Below are positions 57,382-64,000 of a stretch of 64,000 bases of DNA, piece after piece. The translations under genes and the position numbers were made by a program. Origin of the DNA: Rubripirellula sp. (GTDB taxonomy: Bacteria; Planctomycetota; Planctomycetia; Pirellulales; Pirellulaceae); the NCBI GenBank assembly GCA_965216875.1, contig OZ244207.1:3424001-3488000 (forward strand). The letters run 5' to 3'. The notes beneath the pieces are model-generated. The model was not told the origin of the DNA. It ran no database searches and saw only the letters and a program-made list of their open reading frames with translations. Each line of letters begins with the position of its first letter. Position 1 is the stretch's first letter.

Positions 57382-60261
57382 ATGTCCCCATTTGACGAGT
57401 GTGGGGTGCTGATTCCAGCAGCCACGCTAGAGGATCTGCCCTCCGATTTATCCGATAATGACGCTCGTAGCCTTTTGGCGGCGTGGACGGTCTTGTGGCA
57501 CCCCCAATTGCTCGCCGACCTTGGCCAGATCCCAACCTGGTACCGAGCCGACTCTCCGCCCGATCCGGTCGGCAAACGGATCGTCACCGTCCCCACCTCG
57601 AGCATTGGCCAGCTCCCCGATCGGTTCCAGCAGAAATGCACCGAATCGAATGACTGTCGCTTCGTCACCGGCGAGTCGCGGTCGGCGATGTTAAAGGCCC
57701 TTGAGTTGGCCGAGTCGCTTCCGGACCTCACCGGCGAGAGCCGCACGATTGGACTGGGTGACTTCTTTGCGGTCGGCTACGCGACGCTGCAAATCCAGAT
57801 GATGACTCGCAAGCTTCGCTACACCAGCAATCTGGACGAAATCCATCTTCAGAATCGCGTGGTCGTGGCCGCCAAATCGTTCCTCGAGGGCGAAGGCCAA
57901 GCGGCGATCGAAGCGATGCACGACGTCTTCGATTGTTTGGCCGAAGAACGCGACCACTACTTTGCGTCGGACCCTCACCTGGTCGACCTGGTGTTGATGA
58001 CCGACACAACACTCGATCGGCTGGTGGATCAAACCCTTGTGGATCTCGACGCGCCCGACGAAAGCGATGACCATCCGGAACCACCGATTGGCGGCGACCA
58101 TTCCCCACCTCCGCTGCCAACCCCCGTCAACGTCCTGCTCGATGGCCCCGTCGTCGAAGCAGTCTCGAAGCTTGCCCAGGACAAACGCGATCTACTCCGC
58201 GGCGCCATCAGCTCGGGAGCAATCGGATGGTGTGGTGGCGGCCCGTCAGGCGACGTTTGCCTGGACAGCCTCACCTTCAACCAAGCCGAAGCGATCCTTC
58301 GAAAGGTGCTTGCCGACTGCGAGCAGGTACTTGGCGCAACGCCCAAAACGCTCGCTCGGTTTTCGGGTGGCTGCCCCGCCGATCTCTCGGGCGCCCTGGT
58401 ACGACTCGGCTACAAGGGCGCCATTCCGCTAGACTTTGCTTCCGGGACTGGCTTTGGCGACGAATCGAAAGTCGTCATCCGCGGCGGCGGCGCCGAGATC
58501 GAATCGCTGACGGCCAAACCGAAAGATGCCGGAAGCGACTCGGCCTTTGTGTGGCTCGGAGCGCGACTTGGCGAGGCAATCGATAGCGGCGAAATCGCGA
58601 CCGCGCTGCTCGCTCATTGGCCAGGCCAATCCAGTGACAGCTTCAATGACCTCCGTCGAGTTGCCTCCTGGAGCTTGGCGTTGGGCAAGTTCTGGAAACT
58701 TGATGACTACTTCGTCGACGGCGAACATCCCTATCACCATGGCAACGCCAAGGCGGCATCCGCTGGCGCCGATGCCGATCTCTCCAATCGGGTCGCTCGA
58801 GGCCAAGAAAACCCGATCGCCTCGGCGGCCGCTCAATTTCGCGATCAAGTCAAAGCGGAATCATCACGAAACTTGCAGGCGATGGCGCGACTGGTTGATC
58901 CCAACACGGACTCTAGCAGCGCTGACCCAGAATCGCTGGGAAAAACGTTTGCCAAAGCAGCGGGCCGGCAGCTCTCACAGCAAGATCCGCCACCTGCCAT
59001 CCTGACGGTCAACCCGAACGATACGGGCTGGCGCCAAAACCTCAAGCTCACCGAACCTGCCGACAAGAACTTGGACTCGATCTACGCCAGTTCGACCGAT
59101 GGTGACCATGCCGATGTGACTGCGGATGTGCCGGCGTTGGGATTCTCGATCGCCCAGGGCGGGGGCGGAGGCGGAGGTTTTTCGATTGGCAGCGTCTTCG
59201 GTCTCGGCAAATCGAAGCCGATCGTCACCGACAGCACGCTGTCAAATGAATTCATGGATATCACGATCTCGGCCGAGACGGGTGCGGTTTCGGGTGTCTA
59301 CAGCGGTGGTTCGCGCGGCAACCGTTTTTCTCTGCGGCTAGCACGACGCAAACAGGGCGAAAAGCCGGAGCACAGCAAAGTCGCGATGAAATGCGACGAG
59401 CTGAAGATCACGCGATCGACCGCGGCGACGGGAACGATCGAGACCTCAGGTACACTCCTCGACGGCGACCTCAAACTCGCACGCTTTGAGATGCGCTATA
59501 CCCTCAACCGTGGCAGCCGCATCCTCTTGGTCAACGGAAACTTGACGCCCATCGCGCCGCTTGGCGACGATCCCTGGTACGAGTACTTGGCCGCTCGCGT
59601 TGCGGTCGCGAATGAATCGTCTGTGATACGGTGTCTGCTTCGCGACAAAATGCATCGCAACAGTTCGCGTCGATTGGTCAGTCCGATGGGGGTCGTGATC
59701 GACGAATCAGAACGACAGACGCTGGTCAGTGGTGATGGACTACCGTATCACGTTCGGGTCGGCGATCGCTTCCTCGACACGCTGCTTGCGGTCAAAGGTG
59801 AATCGGACATCCAATTCTCACTTCAATACGGATTTGACCTGACCAAACCTGTCGCGGCGGCGCGTTCATTGCTTTGCGCCCCGATGAACATCCCGGTCGA
59901 TGCGGGCAAAGACCCCGGAACCATCGGCTGGGTCATGCACACTTCGCCCAAAGAGATCGATGTGATCGCCTTGGAGGTTGGCAAACGCGACGATGGCAAA
60001 CTCGCCGCCATCGTGCGAGTCGTCCAAACGCGTTCCAAATCAGCTTCCGCAACCTTGCGTTTCATTCACAACGTCACTTACGCCGAAGCGATCGACAGCC
60101 AGTACGAAGATGCGAGCGACGGCGACGCGTTTGCGAAACTGTTGCACCGCCCCTTGGCCGATACCAATTCCGGCAAGACGCTCGACACCAAAGGCGACCA
60201 AGTGACCCTGCCCGTCATTGGTCATCAAGTCACCGACGTGCTTGTTGTATTTGATAAGTAA
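57382..60261 (+). CDS. Large hypothetical protein, distant GH38/alpha-mannosidase-like architecture
   Basis: ~960 aa open frame; C-terminal beta-rich LSNEFMDITISAETGAV, YTLNRGSRIL, AIVRVVQT; no recognisable GH38 HxD motif, function uncertain. Confidence 0.7.
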   Translation: MSPFDECGVLIPAATLEDLPSDLSDNDARSLLAAWTVLWHPQLLADLGQIPTWYRADSPPDPVGKRIVTVPTSSIGQLPDRFQQKCTESNDCRFVTGESRSAMLKALELAESLPDLTGESRTIGLGDFFAVGYATLQIQMMTRKLRYTSNLDEIHLQNRVVVAAKSFLEGEGQAAIEAMHDVFDCLAEERDHYFASDPHLVDLVLMTDTTLDRLVDQTLVDLDAPDESDDHPEPPIGGDHSPPPLPTPVNVLLDGPVVEAVSKLAQDKRDLLRGAISSGAIGWCGGGPSGDVCLDSLTFNQAEAILRKVLADCEQVLGATPKTLARFSGGCPADLSGALVRLGYKGAIPLDFASGTGFGDESKVVIRGGGAEIESLTAKPKDAGSDSAFVWLGARLGEAIDSGEIATALLAHWPGQSSDSFNDLRRVASWSLALGKFWKLDDYFVDGEHPYHHGNAKAASAGADADLSNRVARGQENPIASAAAQFRDQVKAESSRNLQAMARLVDPNTDSSSADPESLGKTFAKAAGRQLSQQDPPPAILTVNPNDTGWRQNLKLTEPADKNLDSIYASSTDGDHADVTADVPALGFSIAQGGGGGGGFSIGSVFGLGKSKPIVTDSTLSNEFMDITISAETGAVSGVYSGGSRGNRFSLRLARRKQGEKPEHSKVAMKCDELKITRSTAATGTIETSGTLLDGDLKLARFEMRYTLNRGSRILLVNGNLTPIAPLGDDPWYEYLAARVAVANESSVIRCLLRDKMHRNSSRRLVSPMGVVIDESERQTLVSGDGLPYHVRVGDRFLDTLLAVKGESDIQFSLQYGFDLTKPVAAARSLLCAPMNIPVDAGKDPGTIGWVMHTSPKEIDVIALEVGKRDDGKLAAIVRVVQTRSKSASATLRFIHNVTYAEAIDSQYEDASDGDAFAKLLHRPLADTNSGKTLDTKGDQVTLPVIGHQVTDVLVVFDK

Positions 60262-60301
60262 AAAGTGGTTATTGTTGCGTGCAGCTACACGCGCCAGTTC
60301 G

Positions 60302-60381
60302 GTGAGCCGAACGCGCTAGCGTCGGGCCTTGCACTCATTGTCGCGCGACAAAGGCCCGAGGCCTGACGGCCAACAACTCAC
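60302..60381. repeat. REP-like doublet (GTGAGCCGAACGCG family)
   Basis: GTGAGCCGAACGCGCTAGCGTCGGGCCTT is the reverse complement of units at ~34546, ~34669, ~37825 and ~37947. Confidence 0.8.
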
Positions 60382-60492
60382 GGGGATTCCGCCCGAACGC
60401 GGTACGACGAACTGGGCAGCTTCCGAAACACAAATGGCGACTATAATTCGCTCATATCAACCTCCGACGGTCATCGCTCCTCTTCGTCGCCA

Positions 60493-61815
60493 ATGACATC
60501 CAGCGAGAACAACTCGACGCTTTCCTTTGAGACGGCTGCCGTTCGCAGTCGCTTGGTGAGTCAACGCAAGCTCGATCGCGTGATTGAGCTTGCTGGCACA
60601 GACGACACCAATGTCGTCGCCGCCACCTTGGTCAAAAGCGGCTTGCTGACGAAATACCAAGCGGAACAGCTCCGCGAAGGGCGGACCAAATTCAATCTCG
60701 GCCCCTACATCATCACCGACTATATCGGGGCCGGTGGCATGGGACGCGTCTACAAGGCGGTGCACGAAGTGATGGGGCGTGAGTGCGCCGTCAAGATGTT
60801 GCCTTCGGAACGTCTGAAAAAGAACGATGAAGCACGTGACAGTTTCATCCGCGAAATACGGCTCCAAGCAGGTCTCGATCACCCAAACGTTGTCCGCGCC
60901 TTCGATGCGGGCAAAGATGGCGAGATCCACTACCTGGTCACCGAGTTCGTTCCCGGCACCGACATGCGGAAGCTGATCAAGAACAACGGCGCGCTTTCGA
61001 TGAGCCACGCCGCGCTGATCGTTTCGCAAGCCGCTCATGGTCTGCAATACGCACATGACATCGGCTTGGTCCACCGGGATGTGAAACCGGGCAACATCCT
61101 GGTTACACCCGAAGGCCATGCAAAATTGTCCGACATCGGTCTGGCCGGATGGACGATGTCGCTCGGAGATGACCCGCGCAGTGGCAAGATCGTTGGAACT
61201 GCCGACTACTTGTCCCCCGAGGCCATCCGGACCCCTTCAGCCATTGGGCCGCTGGCCGACATCTATTCACTCGGCTGCACACTCTACTATGGCGTCACTG
61301 GGAAAGTTCCTTTCCCGGGTGGCGACTCAAAATCAAAATGCCGACGACACTGCGAACAATCGGCTTGGCACCCCGGCCGACTGGTCAACGGACTTTCCGA
61401 AGACTTCGTCGACTTGATTGCCGACATGATGGAAAAGGATCCGACGCGCCGCATCCAATCTGCTGCTGAGGTTGCCGAACGGCTTGAGGCGTGGACCAAT
61501 TCCGAAGATGAAGTGGTCGAACAACCACTTGATCGACAAGCCTGGACGCCGCCACCGCCGCCGCACGAGCCCTCGCAGATTGGTGAGTTCATCGATGACC
61601 CCACACTTCACAACTCAGGTGGACTGAGCGCCTCGGGCAACGCACTTTCCGATCCCGCCCCGCCGCCGCTTCCAAGCGACTGGCAACAAAACGATCTGAT
61701 CTTGCCACCTCAGCAGAGCCACGCGTTGCCCGTTGCGATCGCCGTTGCCATCACGATCCCGCTCAGCCTGTTGGTTGGTGCGATCATCGGGTTCGTCGTT
61801 CGCGGACAACTGTAG
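60493..61815 (+). CDS. Ser/Thr protein kinase with C-terminal TM anchor
   Basis: IGAGGMGRVY, CAVK, HRDVKPGN, SDIG, GTADYLSPE; terminal hydrophobic helix. Confidence 0.92.
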   Translation: MTSSENNSTLSFETAAVRSRLVSQRKLDRVIELAGTDDTNVVAATLVKSGLLTKYQAEQLREGRTKFNLGPYIITDYIGAGGMGRVYKAVHEVMGRECAVKMLPSERLKKNDEARDSFIREIRLQAGLDHPNVVRAFDAGKDGEIHYLVTEFVPGTDMRKLIKNNGALSMSHAALIVSQAAHGLQYAHDIGLVHRDVKPGNILVTPEGHAKLSDIGLAGWTMSLGDDPRSGKIVGTADYLSPEAIRTPSAIGPLADIYSLGCTLYYGVTGKVPFPGGDSKSKCRRHCEQSAWHPGRLVNGLSEDFVDLIADMMEKDPTRRIQSAAEVAERLEAWTNSEDEVVEQPLDRQAWTPPPPPHEPSQIGEFIDDPTLHNSGGLSASGNALSDPAPPPLPSDWQQNDLILPPQQSHALPVAIAVAITIPLSLLVGAIIGFVVRGQL

Positions 61816-62124
61816 CATTCTGCTGTGCATGTTGCGGTTTGCGTCAGCAAACGCGTCGACAAACTTCTTCGACGTTCCTGTGTCTCAGTGTCGCGTCTCA
61901 GTCTCTTGAGCTTTGATGAAAGCCGACGGGGCGACGCAACACCGGCCATCCACCAGCTCCTTCATTTGCATTTCGAGTGATTTCCGACACCCGTGCGCGA
62001 GGATCGAAGCGTTTGACGAATGACTTCCTTCGGCAATCGCTCGTTCTGGCACATCGGTTGCATTGCGATCGCCCATCGTTTTCTACGCAAGAAACGACCA
62101 TTGTCACATTGGGGAAGCTACGCA

Positions 62125-63978
62125 ATGTTTCGATCGATTTTGATCACTGTTTGCATGCTCGCGTTTGCCGTAACCGCTCGCGGTGATGCCGACTCGCCGC
62201 AAAAGCTAACCGGCTCGATCGAGGCGGTGACGGTATATCAAGAACAAGCTTTGATCACCCGCCATGTCAAACTCGATACGGCGCCCAATGACCAGACACT
62301 GGCATCGGTCCACGTGACCAATCTTCCCAGCTCGCTGATTAACGACAGCCTCTACGCCGAGGCGGGTGATGGCACCACCGTCCGCGCGGTGCGCGTCGTC
62401 ACGACTGCGGGACGTTCGGATCGCAGTGCGGTGGACGAGCTCGAAACCGCGGGCAAAAAGATCACCCAGCAGCTTGCAGCCAAGCGCATGGAGATCGAAG
62501 TGCTTGACCAACAACGCCTCGCGATGGACCGGGCGTTCAGCTTTGCGGTCGAAAAAGGGAATAGTGACCTTAACCGTGGCTCGCTCGACGTCGATGCGCT
62601 CATTCAGATGAGCCAATACTGCGACCAGCAAAGGCAGGATCAGGCGACAACGCGCCTTCGCATTCAAAACGAAATCGAAGAGCTCGAACAATCACTCAAG
62701 CTCAATCAACTTCGTCTCGATCGCCTTGCAACCTCCGGAACAAAGACGCAAAGCGAAGCAATCGTCTTCATCGAAACAAAGCCAAGGATTGCCGGCGAGT
62801 TTCGGTTGCGATACCGAGTTTCCGATTGCAGTTGGATCCCGCAATACACCTTCTCGGGCTCTCGCGGCAGCGACCAATATGAGATGCGCTACGACGCATT
62901 GGTCACCCAGGCAAGCGGCGAAGACTGGAACGATGCCAAGCTCGTTTTGTCGACAGCGTCCGCAACACTCGATGCCGCAGGCCCGTTGCTGACACCGCTT
63001 CGTGTTCACACTTCGGAGTCGGAAAACGACTTGCGTTTCAAGACGGCCGAATCGATCAAACAACAAGTTCAATCGTTGCGCGATCAACAACGGGGTGCCG
63101 AGTCACATTCGATCTATGGTGGTGGCGGAGCGTTCACAACGTCGGTCCAACACCGTGACGTCACACTCAATTCACTCGCCGCGCAAATGCAGCGTATCGA
63201 GTTGTTGGCGACGTCCGACTCGGCCCGCAATCTGGCTCTGGACGCTTCCGAGAGCGTCAGCACTCAGACCTACGAGATCGCCGCCAAGGTCACACTGCCT
63301 TCGCGTCGCGACCAACAGCTGGTTCAAATCACGCACGCCAACTTGACCGGCAAGATGGATCATGTCGCCACGCCACTGCTTAGCAGCTATGCATACCGAC
63401 AAGCCCGTTTGACGAACCAGACCGAGATGGGGCTGATGAAAGGGAAAGCGATGGTTTACTTGGATGGTCGCTTTGTTGGGCAAACGGATGTCCCGCCAAC
63501 AGCCAGCGGCCAACGACTCATCGTTGGATTCGGTGCGGACCAGCAGATCCGAACTCGCCGAGAACTTCTCGCCAAACGTGATGAGATCCAAGGCGGCAAC
63601 CGCCAGCTCGAATTCGAATACCGGTTGGTCATCTCCAACTTCAAAGACCACCCAGTCGACGTGCGTGTGCTCGACAGACTGCCGATGGCAAAAGAATCAC
63701 AGTCCGTCTCGTTGCAGCTACAGCCGCCAAGGATTGCGTTGTCCGAGGATGCACTCTATTTGCGGTTGCAACGTCCTCAGGGAATCTTGCGTTGGGACGT
63801 AGCGGTCGAGCCTGGCAAACATGGCAGCAACGCGCTGGACATTGAATATCAATTTAGCGCTGCATTCGATCGCAACCGGCAATTGACAACCGAAGACATT
63901 GCATCGGTCCAGGACGATTACCGAATGGAACAATTCGGAGGCATGGGAGGAGGCGGCATGGGCGGGTTTGGCAACTAG
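62125..63978 (+). CDS. DUF4139/DUF4140 (MuiA-like) secreted protein
   Basis: Signal peptide; IEAVTVYQEQALITR, WIPQY, QASGEDW..AKLVLSTA, VYLDGRFVG, GFGAD, DRLP, GILRW. Confidence 0.88.
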   Translation: MFRSILITVCMLAFAVTARGDADSPQKLTGSIEAVTVYQEQALITRHVKLDTAPNDQTLASVHVTNLPSSLINDSLYAEAGDGTTVRAVRVVTTAGRSDRSAVDELETAGKKITQQLAAKRMEIEVLDQQRLAMDRAFSFAVEKGNSDLNRGSLDVDALIQMSQYCDQQRQDQATTRLRIQNEIEELEQSLKLNQLRLDRLATSGTKTQSEAIVFIETKPRIAGEFRLRYRVSDCSWIPQYTFSGSRGSDQYEMRYDALVTQASGEDWNDAKLVLSTASATLDAAGPLLTPLRVHTSESENDLRFKTAESIKQQVQSLRDQQRGAESHSIYGGGGAFTTSVQHRDVTLNSLAAQMQRIELLATSDSARNLALDASESVSTQTYEIAAKVTLPSRRDQQLVQITHANLTGKMDHVATPLLSSYAYRQARLTNQTEMGLMKGKAMVYLDGRFVGQTDVPPTASGQRLIVGFGADQQIRTRRELLAKRDEIQGGNRQLEFEYRLVISNFKDHPVDVRVLDRLPMAKESQSVSLQLQPPRIALSEDALYLRLQRPQGILRWDVAVEPGKHGSNALDIEYQFSAAFDRNRQLTTEDIASVQDDYRMEQFGGMGGGGMGGFGN

Positions 63979-64000
63979 GGCCGGAGACCAGCGCTGTTGG

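Noticed and set aside
61905..61950. TGATGA resembling a hammerhead core
   Set aside because: No CUGAUGA and no GAAA partner

Overview
Gene-dense chromosomal segment of a planctomycete. A Pirellulaceae-like origin is inferred from the DUF1549/DUF1553-DUF1501 pair, the PilM-PilN fusion, the fae-mtd C1 genes, the eukaryote-like kinases and the abundant REP-like repeats. It is mostly housekeeping: aceE (partial), tatD (frameshifted), leuB, rsmE, deoC, purM, glgX, two clpP, rlmN and prc. It also holds a sulfatase, a Mn/Zn ABC transporter, an H4MPT C1 mini-cluster and several large uncharacterised envelope proteins with Gly/Met-rich tracts. Intergenic spaces carry at least nine families of short palindromic REP-like repeats; I saw no transposase, integrase or CRISPR array. 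The most unusual item is a non-canonical tRNA-Glu-like gene at 18059-18131. It has an intact GluRS-type D arm but an 8-nt anticodon loop, a 3-nt variable loop, U51.G63 and C52-G62, and is followed directly by a second foldable ~73-nt RNA domain. Other leads are a 1.4-kaa VWA protein carrying secretin-like pieces without a full barrel, a Met-rich PilMN operon, an SDR lacking the catalytic Tyr, and REP-bracketed cassettes. All protein calls are motif recognition by eye; no searches or folding programs were run.
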